DNA of 64,000 nucleotides from Owenia fusiformis (Eukaryota): NCBI GenBank assembly GCA_903813345.2, contig CAIIXF020000001.1, positions 2,914,001 to 2,978,000 of the forward strand, read 5' to 3'. Shown piece by piece: positions 51,801 to 63,700 of this stretch (position 1 is its first letter; each line of letters starts with the position of its first letter). The notes under the pieces were generated by a model. It saw only the letters and a program-made list of their open reading frames with translations, ran no database searches and was not told where the DNA came from. The position numbers and the translations under genes were made by a program.

Positions 51801-54800
51801 TTTTAACGTGTCTAGGCAGAGGTTATAAGAGAATTTAAAAGATAATAGACAGGGCTGATCTCCTGGTCATAACATCCTGTTGCACATGTGCAGAGAAGCT
51901 TTATCTGATCAAACTAAAATCAATAAAGTACTTACCAGAGCAATAATCTGAAGGTTTGAAATGCATCCTATGTCTAATTCCTACTTGTAAATCAGAGTAT
52001 ATTAATATCAATGATATGTTTAATCAGTGATAATCGTATACTTATATTCTGTCACGAATTCTAGTGAAATCATGACTTGACCCTCTGAGTTTTATTCATT
52101 CTACTACATGTATCTGCTATAACTAAGCGTTACTACAATACTTATGAACTAGGCTATTGTATACAGTATCGATATGTAAAAATTGCCAGGAAATCGATAT
52201 GGGTTAAACCTTGGACACACTTCAATTTAAGCTGAAACGAGCTGGAACTCGAAATTTTCCGATTGGCATCGTTAGTAATTTAGCATTTAATGTTGTAACA
52301 GATAAGTTAATCTGTCTTTATATATACTGGGACTGCTTAACGGCCGTTTCGAACTTGGTAATCGAAGTTGGGTTTATGAGTTTGATTATTCCTTTTTTAC
52401 GACTTACAGCTGTCAACCTTCTCATCAAATTGCTAGGATTGTACCGTAAGTGCGGGCTGAAGCTAGATTATAAATTCATGATAAACCATCCATCAATGTT
52501 AATGAGACATTTATTGCCCATTAACCCATGTTATTAAACCCATAGAGGCTAATAAGTACCGGGTCACGTGGCTTATAAATTGACCAATCACAGCGAGGTC
52601 ACGTGATTAAAATTGACCAATCAGAGCGCTTATATCTAACTTCCGATTTAAAACCTGCCCAGGTTGATTATAAAGATGCCTCACTTCCGCTATGATGTCA
52701 CCCTCTTGCCCAGACAGATTCAAAATGGCTGAACATCCGCTATGATGTCATCAACTTGCCCAGACAGAATTCGAAATGGCTGACTTCCTGCCAGGAGATT
52801 CGAAATGACTGACTTCCGGTTTAAATGGCTGACTTCCGGTCAAAATGGCTGACTTCCTGTCAAAATGGCTGACTTCCGGTTTTAGATGACCAGCCTAGTG
52901 ACCAGCCTGGGCTGATGGGACAAATTTTCCTACTACTAGTATAAGTTCAATGAACTTAAAAAATTGTATATACCCGTAGATGATAAACATATACATATTG
53001 ATCTCCGTATAAAGCTTTACCTACACGTGTGTGGAACAATTGACCGCAAGCATTTTTAAAAATTAATTGGCTGAGTAGGAACAGTATCCAATCAAATACT
53101 TTAACCATCAATTTGAAACACCAATCAAACCAGTAGGTTCTAGCAATTTCTGGGAACGACCCATTCAGTAGCTCAACAAATGACATACAGGGTGTTTCAT
53201 AACGAGCATCTCCAAAAAGTCAATTTTAGAAGAGATGGGTCTATATGTATGTACTATATATGAGCCTATTTTATTCTAGACAAACACATTTGGATCAACT
53301 TAACTACCCTGCGTGCAGAGTCTAGTTAAACTATGAAGACGAAGCTCTCTTTTAAGAAGTGAAGTCAAACGAATGCAAAGGGTACAACTTAACATGCAAC
53401 AATTCAAGAAAGTACAAATGGCATCCTTTTGACCTTTATTTATTACAGTCCGAGAAGATCTTTCCTGACGAAAAGCCCACATTATGAAACACCTTGTACG
53501 TTTTCTTATAAGTATAAGTATACGTTATAAGTTGTATTTTATGTATGTGCGAATTCTCTCTATTCTGTCGAATAAACGTATAGTCCATGGTATGACTTCC
53601 GAATATGAAGGATCCGTAGCACACTATAGCGCAGCAACATTTGAAGAAATATTTATGAAGGTGTACATGTCTTGATTCTTTTAAAATACCATTTGCTGAA
53701 AAAACTTCCGGCTTTCGGGTCGAAAAATGTCTTTCGTCACAAGGGGTCAAAAAACGTAAATATTTTGATTCGAACTTTTATACATTTTATAAGAAACAGA
53801 GCGTTATGCTAAGCATATGACCAAAAATAAATTATCATAATTTAAAGATATACTATCTTATTTTACCGTAGATGTCGGTGTTTAATTAGTGTAATTATGC
53901 AAGTGTGTTTTTCAGATTTTGTTTGATTTCTCAAATATGAGCCAAGCCGATTCATCAAAATTATGTGGAATATTTAGGTAATTTATGATCGGGAACACAT
54001 TAATTTTCTTACCATTTAAAAAATTTTATTACCAGAATTTTTCCATATAATCGCAAGGGGTCTAACGACAAATTATTGTTCATGTTTTACAAAACATAAT
54101 ACAATAACAAATAGGTAAGATTTATATCTAATTAAATGTTGCAGAGGTATTGGAATGTTCATATATTCCAAGGGCATGTCTGATAATCAATTAGAGTCAT
54201 ATGCAATCGAACGCCTTGAAATTCTTCCTCGACGTTACTTGGGGCTATCATCAAGTTTTCTGATGGCTGTTTGTTCTTCGACCTTAGCGCTGGATACAAT
54301 CAAATTTTAGGAAGATAATGATAACGATTTTTCTCAATTATTCCTGAATTCGATCAAGTCTTGATGGTTGTTTTATAAGCAACTGAGCTATATCTAACTA
54401 CGGTAAATGGAATTTTAGCTGTAGTCCCAATTAGTCAAGGAAGAGCAATAGGCCCGCCTTTATTGATAGTTTTCACCGCTGAATAAAAGTCTATATCTCA
54501 AAACGTATTGAGACCCCTTTTGTGAAAAACTAGCATAATTTAAACATTTGTCATTCCAATATAAAAGTGATTCATTTGTAGCATTTATCTTATTGATACC
54601 TGAGAAACAATACAAAACGTCGATACACTGATTACATATTTTTTGGTATTGATAAGAAAAATAACCTCAAGCTTAAAGCTTACAGTTAGAAACCTAAATC
54701 ATATACTTAAAATAATTTTGTATTATTTTCTGTTGCATAGTGTACTCCAAATTGTAAAAAATTGGGATTTTATTTTTTGGTGATTTTTTGACCTCTGTTA

Positions 54801-56648
54801 ATGTCAGGCATAATTCAGCCTAAAAGCCGGAAGTATATTCAACAGTTATAATAAAAATTATTAGGGGACATATACAGGTATGTTAATGTAAGGTCCAATA
54901 TCGCTGCGCTATAGTGTGCTACCAACTCTTTTATTAGACGTCCTAGAGATTTCATACCATGGACTATTAAGGGACACACAAAATCCAGTTTGGTAAAATA
55001 TCAAAACGTATCATTCAAATCTCCCATGAAAACGAATCATGAAAACGACGTAGGGGGGTTCGCTAATATTTCATTTATGAAAAAATTTAAAATATTACCA
55101 TCATAAAAACTAAAGTATACATAAGATATAGGGCCAAGTTAATATTGTCCACGTTGTTCTTTAATTTACAATGAATGAGCAGTGGGTTTATGATAAAAAA
55201 GCAGTTATATTCACGGTAGCCTACATTTAAATAACGTCCCTTGACTATGCTTTCTGGATATGATTTAGTGAAGCTGTTAAGCTATTTGCACCTTCTCTTC
55301 AATATGAAGAGCTAAATAAACAGATAAATTGTAGCCGGTGTCCATCAGGGATGAGTATTGAGCTCGTTGTGGAAAGTGCACAGTAAGAACAGACAATGTT
55401 AATCCAATGGGCAATTGTACTAATTAGAACTTATATATTTTTCAATCCAAGATTTCAGAAAATCAACCAAGTATATCATGTTAAAGAACAAAATGTCCCA
55501 TATATACCAGTGATAAAAATTTGAAAAATATTTACTCATGGAGTTCTGACCTGCTGTTCCCGCCATCTTTTCAAATTTATTAGAAATTGGCGTATGAATC
55601 TGGTCAACAAGTACATGTCACAATATTCCAATATTCTTAAAACGTTTGCTTTAGTTTTGTCCATGTACAAAAACCGTGCGAGGGTATTTTTGATTGTTAG
55701 GCGTATAATGTTCATTCATTTTATAATTCGTGTCTCAGAAAATTCAAAATGTCGACCAATAGCTAACACTTAAATTGACGGGAATTTTGAGATATCTGCA
55801 ATAACAATTATTTATGTACTAAAGGTAAATATAAGGACTATATGGTTAAACATTTTTGTGATTGCAGATTAACGAAATGACTCAGTTTTGGTAATATTTT
55901 TAATGCCATAGCAATGAGAGCATAATCACTTTTGGCCTAATACCCGGGGTCTCATGTGAAAAATATGTGGGCGTTCTTAAAAATTAAGAAAACACATATA
56001 AATATAATCATATAGTTTATGTATTACAATCATGAATAATATCTTTAAAACTTGGATCGTCTGTGTAAAAGTATAATGAAAATAAATACATGATTTGCTC
56101 TGAATGAATGATTCCTCACCTGGATTAAAACTTTAACACCTGTGAAGATCGACCCTGAGCCCGGAGTTTCCGTGATTTTGGATTGTAGAAAAATAAAGAA
56201 CATCTTATTCCACTGATTTTGGTAACCTAGCATAATCTTCCGATTTATACGGATCATACCAAAATTAAAGCAATATTATTAACATAAATGCGCTTTCTTG
56301 ATTACTTGGTTTATACTTACTAAATTTTCCATATGGTAAACGCTAAATTCCATTGATACAACCACCGGTGTAGAAGCATTTGGTTTTGGAGCGACGTCCG
56401 AAACGTAATTCTCAAATATTCTTTTATAGAGTCTCTCGTCATTTTCCAAAGCTGATGTAACTGGAAATGCACAAAAGTTGTATTCAAGTGTGTATTTTAA
56501 CTATTCAGATTATACGAGAAGTGCATTATTTTATTTTTGATTATTTTTAATAAATATATCTTTTTAAATTTAAATTTAGATTATTTACATAACAACAATA
56601 ACGCTATTTACCTGCAACCAGCAAAAGAAGAAAAAACAATCTCAACAT
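36860..56648 (-). CDS. Nicotinic acetylcholine receptor-like non-alpha subunit, 6 exons, 666 aa: 56648-56612, 56460-56321, 40179-40135, 39715-39606, 38656-38112, 37983-36860
   Basis: In-phase GT-AG junctions (2001 nt); signal peptide MLRLFFLLLLVA; 140/45/110-nt exons typical of nAChR genes; WTPDI, Cys-loop CPMDITKLPFDTQKC, GEK before M2, M4 WQDISIVMDR. Confidence 0.9.
42855..43103. repeat. Polinton left TIR (degenerate subrepeats continue to ~43220)
   Basis: Inverted match to 52636-52937; tandem ~20-bp CCGGAAGTCAGCCATTTTGA units. Confidence 0.9.
43570..44670 (-). CDS. Polinton retroviral-like DDE integrase with C-terminal chromodomain
   Basis: 366 aa; WDADLMD, RTDKGQEF, SERLIKTLK; chromo-like VEKILKTR...LVRWQYWPKKFDSWV. 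Confidence 0.95.
   Translation of the reverse strand: MAYRDYLKKLYFDSRNSGAFAGPDKLYRAVLNDGKYQLSRYQIKKWLDNQEAYGLQRPYKRQFTRNKVYVSHIDEQWDADLMDMSTWSTENDNTKFILVVIDIMSRFAWVKPLPNKTGKAVAEAFDDIFKEGQRQPDVIRTDKGQEFRARVVQTLLARWGVRHFVTENTPKANFSERLIKTLKTKIMRFMIYKQNYRYIDDLQNVVKSYNATWHRSIKMAPKNVSKDDELAIWWRMYYPKSAAVKTRSKYIFKFPIGALVRITQSKHIFTREYNEHWTGEIFKVAQRFIRQGLPLYRLKDFQNEDIKGTFYQAELQRVQANEDDIWKVEKILKTRTRKGQKEHLVRWQYWPKKFDSWVKDSDITFL
44730..46315 (-). CDS. Polinton packaging-type (A32/FtsK-like) ATPase with N-terminal C2H2 finger and C-terminal zinc-finger/acidic extension; exons 46315-46180 and 46078-44730, 494 aa
   Basis: Removing a 101-nt GT-AG intron gives KHPFTMIA-A-GPTSSGKT (Walker A); LILLDDLM (Walker B), SHHRNLSVICLLQN; CSEC..F..L..H..H; CDEC..F..L..H..C. 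Confidence 0.9.
46487..47006 (+). repeat. ~520-bp GGA/GGAGG purine-rich tract ending in G16
   Basis: Seen directly, between the pPolB stop and the ATPase start. Confidence 0.95.
47013..51305 (-). CDS. Protein-primed family B DNA polymerase, 5 exons, 1280 aa: 51305-49538, 49443-49358, 49220-47989, 47886-47593, 47475-47013
   Basis: Four GT-AG introns (94, 137, 102, 117 nt) restore DHDHVTG-RFRGAAH, FHNLK-NYD, KLMNN-S-VFGK and TDTD-S; also YADFE, YVDANNLYG; three N-terminal C2H2 fingers; 3843 nt without internal stop. Confidence 0.93.
52561..52630 (-). promoter_or_regulatory. Candidate Pol II promoter of the Polinton: duplicated E-box + CCAAT module
   Basis: GGTCACGTG...AAATTGACCAATCA twice in tandem, with TTATAA, just inside the right TIR and upstream of all three genes. 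Confidence 0.55.
52636..52937. repeat. Polinton right TIR
   Basis: Imperfect reverse complement of 42855-43103 with an extra internal subrepeat. Confidence 0.9.
53580..54967. mobile_element. ~1.4-kb non-autonomous TIR element
   Basis: ATAGTCCATGGTATGA / TCATACCATGGACTAT ends plus a subterminal inverted GTAGCACACTATAGCGCAGC pair; TSD unclear. Confidence 0.65.
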
Positions 56649-57350
56649 CGTCCTAAGCGAGCTCCACACCAGTATACTATTAAATCATTTATTTCTACAA
56701 TCTCTGATTTTCATTTCAATAAAACCTATTACTCTGAAGCACTCATACCGATTTCGTTACGTGTGACATTTTTCATTTCGATAAACTCGATTTAAACTTT
56801 TTGTTATTAACCATTGACTCAATATTTTCCATTTACTTTACTGCTTTTTATAATAAAAACAAGGTTTATGACTAATGATTGAGATACAATAATTGCGTAG
56901 TTTTGCACTTAGCATTAATAATTTATTCACGAGAACAATTGACGCGTTCATCGATTCACATTGTATCTCTAACCTGAATTCATTTGGGGATTCACCTCCT
57001 ATGTGTTACAAAAATATAGATCGAGTGCTTTTGGATTTAACTTTCTGCCAATAAAGAGAACGCATTGATAAATCGAATATATTATGATGCACCTTGCTAT
57101 ACTACACACCTAAAGCAGGTAAGATATGAAGGGGCCACTTCCGTTTGCGAAAATGGATTAGAAATTCGAACATGACTGTATTCACGCCTTCTATAAACTG
57201 TAAACAAAGTCAATGCTTCAGCTGGGTTATATTCGAGATCAATAACCCAGTTAATACGTGTAATGTGTGACGTCATAACGATGGGTCGTAGTAATGGCGG
57301 ACCATGATGAATATTCGAAACAATTTGGTGAGTTTTCATGTTCGAATCGT

Positions 57351-57482
57351 AATATAGACCTCAGATCAGGGGTAATATCGTCAAATACACCCCTCGCTAG
57401 GCACAAAAGCTTTCGAACCCCTCACTCCCTTCGGTCGTTCGTGGTACAGAAAACGTTTGACCCCTGCTTTTCGGTCTATATT
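57351..57482. mobile_element. Small degenerate MITE
   Basis: AATATAGACC..CAGGGGT / ACCCCTG..GGTCTATATT inverted ends. Confidence 0.45.
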
Positions 57483-59099
57483 TCTTAATTAATCTCGGGG
57501 ACAATGCAAAAGTATTTAATGAATCGCCAAAATAATGGCAACATTGTGATACAAACCACCTGATTAGCCTGTTACTGATTTATACAAACTCACCGTGATC
57601 CTTGCTATTATGTAATTACCGATTTTAGAACTAGAGGATACTATTAGAGGGGGGCGTATACGTTTGTCGCAGGTATATTGCCATGATATATAATAAGAGT
57701 ATTTTGGACTTGATGAATTCATTATTTTCAAATTCAATTCAAAAAGGTTTGCCAATTATGGGAACGGCTTTGTGGATGGACGTTGACATCTGCTATGGAG
57801 TTCGAGATTTTGTCCCACATCCCACATCATTTGAGGATGGATGCTCTATCTTTTATGAATACTGTCTACAACCCAAACATTATTTTTCTTCACCTTGGAT
57901 TATGTAGGGGGGTAGTTGGGGTTTGTTTTCCTTATGACTGGTGTACCTTTTGAGTTTTATTTTCCTTTCTGCATTGTGTAATACTTTTTGTATTTTCCCG
58001 TCGGCACTTGCGCACAAATATTTAGCTAAAAACGAGTCTATAAAGAGAAATGCCATCTATTTCTCTGTATCGGACATATCGTACAAAAAGTAAATTAGTT
58101 TTACCATTCTAGTATTTATAGATGTCAACACCCAGTGTTCTACAAAATTATTTATTTGATAGGTAAGCTTTCTCCTGGTATATCCCTCTCTATTTTTGAC
58201 TGTATCATTACTAATCATTCATAAAAAATTCACTAAAATTCAGTATGTACACAAATACATATATATTATCATGCATGTATTTACCTTATTTAGTCTTATT
58301 CCTCTTTTGTGATACTACCTTGATCTGTTTGGTTTTGGTTAATAAACAATATGGTCGAAGATTCGTTTTGGACGTAAATAATATTATTTAATTCACAAGT
58401 TTGGAGTATAAAACTGGCCATTCTAGGCGACATCTACGTTTCGCCTAGCGCCCTACCAGATATTCGAGGTAGGGTATGTCATAATCCTTGAATTATCCGA
58501 GAGTCATGTTTGTATTTTTAGTATCCCAAGAATTCATTGGAGGCAAATATGATACCTCCCTGTTTCTATAAGAAGATTATGATTTGAGGTTTTTAGTTTT
58601 GTTATATATAATCTAGTGCTTATTGGTTGACAAAAATAGTGTTCAAAAATAAATTTATTTTAAATGCAATATGTGCAATATGAAGTTTTAGATTTATTTT
58701 AGGGTGTAGTTGCTTAAAAGAGGGACATGGGGTATAAATAGGAGGCAGACTAATGGAACAGCCAAAATAACTGGATTTTTGATATTTTCATAAAGCTGGT
58801 CAATTTTCTCAGATTTCATATTGATTGAGAAAATGTAAATACATTTTAATATATGTATCTTAACGCTTTCAATGTTTTGATGTTCATATTCTGCAGTTAG
58901 ATTTGAACTTCATCATTTTGTTGGGTTGTAATAAGACATTTAAAAACAGAAATATATATTTTTAAAATTTAACAGTCCTCAAGCTTAGCCAATCAAAATC
59001 AAGTATTCAGCAATGCTGTTAATTAAACTAATTAATCCTGACTTTCAGTGCGATGTTAAAGTGTGGCTGTAACCTGATATTTTAATGGGAGTTGTATGT

Positions 59100-59810
59100 A
59101 TTTGCAAAATTTGAGGTGTAAGACTTCACAATTTTTATAGCAATTCGAAAATCCCCATATCTCACAGCCATAACACAAAATAGGTAATATTAACGTATCA
59201 AACAATTATTATTGAACATCAATTGGTAAATTCATTTCTGTACACTTTCCTAATACTCCATACATGGCATTTTCAGCTTGTTTCTTCAACGGATCAAAAT
59301 AACTGAAAATAAAACTCCTGAATACTTAAAGTGTCATTAATTTCAACATTTTCTCCGTTGTATGTAAATCTAAATAAACGCCTGGGTTTTCTTTTTGAGA
59401 AAATACTAACTATTTTGTCTTTTTTGTGTCAACAGACAAGTTGTTGAAATCATAATATGACGTAAGACCATTTAGTTCTCTCTGTAGCCCATCACTTGTG
59501 TCTGACTAAATAATTGTGTCATCCGCATACACGAGTATAAAAACGTTACAAAAGTATTCAATGTCGTGACCTAAGTTTAAATAGCTACATTTATGACTAT
59601 TCAAAAGGTAATCCTCCATGTCATTTACAAAGAGTGAAAAAAACATTTGTGAAAATACAAGATTTGGCTTTGACATATTTTTGATACAGTTTAACATCTT
59701 TCCACTAATACCACATTTAAACAATTTTTCCATAATACCACTTTGCTTATTTTATCAAAACATTGTTTGAAATCTACAAATGCTACAAATAATTTATTTT
59801 TATTTACCTT
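59100..59810 (-). mobile_element. Degenerate LINE reverse-transcriptase fragment
   Basis: LFVAFVDFKQCFD, KLFKCGISGKML, FSLFVNDM, VYADD with stops and frameshifts. Confidence 0.75.
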
Positions 59811-59843
59811 TACATTACATTCTATCTACTCTCTTGTGTACAT

Positions 59844-62552
59844 TTACATTTTAACCTCTTGCTGTTTTCTCTTGTACACTCCTACATTGTATAGCATTCT
59901 CCGTAAGTGTGAATAAATTATCTTTACGTCCGATACCACTATAAGCAACGCAGCAATGAGCAACAACAACATAGCGAAAGCGCCAATTGCCTTTGCACTG
60001 ACACGCTTGTCAGAATCTGTAAACTGCTCTTCAACAATAATAATTGTATCTGTTTTGATGGCATTGGTTTTCTCAATTTCTTTTTTGAAATATACGACAT
60101 CATAAAAGGCAACATTGGAAAAGCTTGATGTAATTGGGATTGTTACAGGGGAGTTTGTAGAGGTGTACAATGTAGTTTGAGGCGGAGGCGTTATTGTTTC
60201 AAACGTTGTTACAATGGTTGTCTCAATAGTTGTTTCTTTGGATGTGCCAATAGTTTTCCCTACACTTGGTGTTGTTTCAAATGTTGTATCAACAGTTGTA
60301 TTAGCAGTTGTTTCAAATGTTGTATCAACAGTTGTTTCAAATGTTGTATCAACAGTTGTTTCAAATGTTGTATCAACAGTTGTTTCAAATGTTGTATCAA
60401 CAGTTGTTTCAAATGTTGTATCAACAGTTGTTTCAAATGTTGTATCAACAGTTGTTTCAAATGTTGTATCAACAGTTGTTTCAACAGTTGTATCAGCAGT
60501 TGTGGCAACGGTCGTCTCAACTATTGTTTCTATATTTGTATCAACGGTTGTTTCTATGGTTGTATCAATGGTTGTTTCTATGGTTGTATCAATGGTTGTT
60601 TCTATGGTTGTATCAATGGTTGTTTCTACAGATGTCTCAACAGTTGTGGGAAGTGTGGTTGTTGGAATTGGATCACACGTGACGCCCATGTCACTACTAT
60701 GACCACAAGAGGCTGTATAAGGCGGACATCGTGGACCCCATTTACTACACTGCATAATATTTTGTTCTGTGCCATCACAATTGATATTGTCATACCATAT
60801 CATTGGGTCACCAGCTTGTGACCCCGCTGTATATGCGACAGCACCATTCGAGCCCAGTCCAAGTTGATTACATACAACCGTGGCTTCTTCTGCACCCCAA
60901 GGCGTGCTACTACAAGCAGTTCCCCATACTCCATTGTGAAGAAGTTGAACTTTCCCGGAATATGCATTTCCACCAACCAAACGAATCATATCAGCATCAG
61001 ATTCTACAAATTTAATGATTAAATTCAAATGATGTGGATTTGATAAAATAACATAAACAGCAATTTGAATTGCAAATAGTTAAAAAGGAGATGAAATATA
61101 TAAGACGTTCCAAAACTTTACATTTTATTTTTATTTTTCAACAATATTTTAGTGTGGTTTGCAGCAAACAATTACGCAATCGATCCTCAAATGGCTGAGT
61201 TAGTCTTAAGTGGTCTTGGAAATGTTGACAGACAATAGTAATGAAAATTCTCTGTTTAAATAATTTGACACTTCGAGTTTACAGAGGTTTTATTTATTTC
61301 TCATAAAATATATCGGAACCAAATGGACGTCTTAATCAGTCTCAGTCAAAACAGACGCATTATGTTTACACTGTTGTAATATTTCTCTTGAAAATTTGAG
61401 AATTGAGCATCTAGAAAATTAGAACTGGTTTAAATGATTGAGCCTGGTGCTCTATTTTTGAAAGATTAGCAAAGAAGTATACCAAGTCATATAAACATTA
61501 AAACAAAAAGTTTTATAAGCTATGGACTAAATCAAGCCAGATTTGAGCAAGAAAAATCAACCTTGTTGATTTTTTTTCCACATATAAGATCTCATTTAGT
61601 TTTTATTACAAAGGCAGATTCCCCCATTTCAAATTTTGAAGGTTCCAAACTACAATGCACTGTAAATTATATCAAAATGAATGTCTCCGTGGAGTTTGAG
61701 TTCACATTTTAATAATAAAATAAAGTTGGGGCAATTTTGTTTATGGTTTGTTTATTTTTATGATACGTAGTGAATAATTCCTGTGTGCAAAATATAAAAT
61801 AATCTGCTTGGTTTAAACTCACATGTACCATGTTTTACTCGTCCTTTTTTCCGTTCCATGGAATTTTTATTTCCTTGGAACAAAAATAGTTCCGATAAAA
61901 ACGGCGAACCGAATGCATAATTTACAGGTAAAATCATATCAAGATTTTAGAGTTCTTTTGCCTATAAAAGCAAAACTTTTGTTTCTTTTGCGCATTCTAT
62001 CCTTGATAAGAGCCCAAGGTGTCTATAGGCAATATGTTTCGGAAGGAATGGGTCATTTAGCTTGAAAACCGAGGGCTTGTTCATTACGGGTTCACAATGT
62101 AATGATGTTTTCCTGAAAGCAAGGAATGCCTTCATACTTTATTTTATACCAGAAAAAAAAGTTTTTCTTCCACCATAACGTTAAGGGCATCGAGCTAAAT
62201 ATTGCTATATCCAATAAAATACCTGTAGGGGTACAATCAACACCAGCGTCTTCGTTGTGGCCGCATCCAGCTGACGATCCCCATGTGTAATGCGGGCACA
62301 TATCAAGTGCATCCTCTGACCCTGTACACAACAATCGACTCAATTGGATGACTCCAGATGCGCTGCCGTATTTGGAACATGGATGCGCGACGGGATTGAT
62401 TGGTGGTATGTTTAATGAATTACATACAACAAGTGCGTCTCGAACGTCCCATTTATCATCACAAACAGTACCCCATGTTCCGGAATAGAATACCTCTACA
62501 CGGCCTGAAGTCCCATCCGCGCGTCCGTCTACTAAACGATAACTTTGACTCT
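59844..62552 (-). CDS. SRCR-domain type I membrane protein with Thr-rich mucin stalk; exons 62552-62223 and 61003-59844, upstream exon(s) not located
   Basis: Two SRCR domains (RLVDG..GRVEV..WGTVCDD; RLVGG..WGTAC..CGHSSDMGVTC), phase-1 GT-AG junction, TTVDTTFE repeats, TM helix, short basic tail. Confidence 0.88.
60270..60645 (-). repeat. Coding 12/24-bp tandem repeat (TTVDTTFE / TTIDTTIE)
   Basis: GTTGTTTCAAATGTTGTATCAACA repeated; explains the overlapping spurious ORFs. Confidence 0.95.
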
Positions 62553-63461
62553 CTACGCCCACAATAAAGCAAACGAAAATGTGTATATATAAGTGATTGT
62601 GAACATGGTAAATCATCATTCCATAGGATAACTTCTATGTAGCGAATTGACTACTGATGAAACCGCATCTCTTGTCATCTGTTGATGATCTAAATGGTTT
62701 TTGAAGTGCTAATATGACGTCAATGATTAGCTCTATTTGCTTATTGATGCAGGGTGTGTCATGACCATATTTGGAATCAGATAGTATCAGGTTATATAAA
62801 ATTGTTCAATATACCAATATCACTTCATTACCCTACCTATTTAATTGTTTGTTTCCGAGAAAGGTTAGAATATAGGAACCGAAGTTATTGATGATCGTAT
62901 TGTTGCAAACGTACTTTATCCGTTGAATATGGGCGCATGCGCAACATTTTATCACCTACCAAGAATAGAAAACACATTCATACCCATCATTCAGATAAGG
63001 AAATGAGACAAATAATCAATATAAAATACTGGAAATTACGTTTCTTACTATACCTTGTTCTCTAATTAAATTACGATTCATACAATGTACTCAGAGGAAC
63101 ATATTACTCAATTTTAAACATAGCCCTTAATTTTACACGTCATTAAAACGTTTGAAACTAAAATAGTACGGTATGTACAGTAGTATAACACAATTGTTTG
63201 CATTTAAGCAATACTCATCTACAAAATTATAAAGTGAATGACATAAAGGGAAATTGATACATGTATTTGATAACAAATAAAATATACCAGAGCAATGCAA
63301 GAGGATTATATTTGTGCCGACACAACCCGTACAAGCTAAGGTCGGCTAGCAGGGAGTACTAGGGAGTACACAAGGTACTTTACAAATTACGCCATGACCT
63401 TACTGGTCCTCATTACTTCAGAGAATTAGAACCCTTAAGAAAATTCTTCTAGTTCATGTCA

Positions 63462-63700
63462 TGTGTGACCCTAAATAAGCCAATGAGCCTCCATAATACA
63501 TATGGGGTATATATCATGTGACCATAAATAAGCCAATGAGCGTCCATAATACATATGGGGTATATATCATGTGACCATAAATAAGCCAATGAGCGTCCAT
63601 AATACATATGGGGTATATATCATGTGACCATAAATAAGCCAATAAGCGTCCATAATACATATGGGGTATATATCATGTGACCAAAAATAAGCCAATAAGC
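63462..63700. repeat. 53-bp tandem repeat, ~4.5 copies
   Basis: CATGTGACCATAAATAAGCCAATGAGCGTCC... at 63515, 63568, 63621, 63674. Confidence 0.9.

Larger units (their letters stand above)
42855..52937 (-). mobile_element. Polinton/Maverick element, 10,083 bp, three genes, intron-containing
   Basis: AGTAGTAGG...CCTACTACT termini, TSD AGTATA (42849-42854, 52938-52943), TIRs, pPolB + ATPase + integrase. Confidence 0.96.

Noticed and set aside
51306-52560. Hidden capsid or protease gene in the Polinton (including ORF 52211..52537)
   Set aside because: AT-rich, stop-rich, no recognisable motif; a highly fragmented small gene cannot be fully excluded by eye
60177-60821. Cys-rich, Val-rich and Gln/Leu-rich ORFs
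   Set aside because: Alternative frames of the stop-free mucin repeat of the SRCR gene
63462-63700. CRISPR-like array
   Set aside because: Head-to-tail 53-bp units with no spacers
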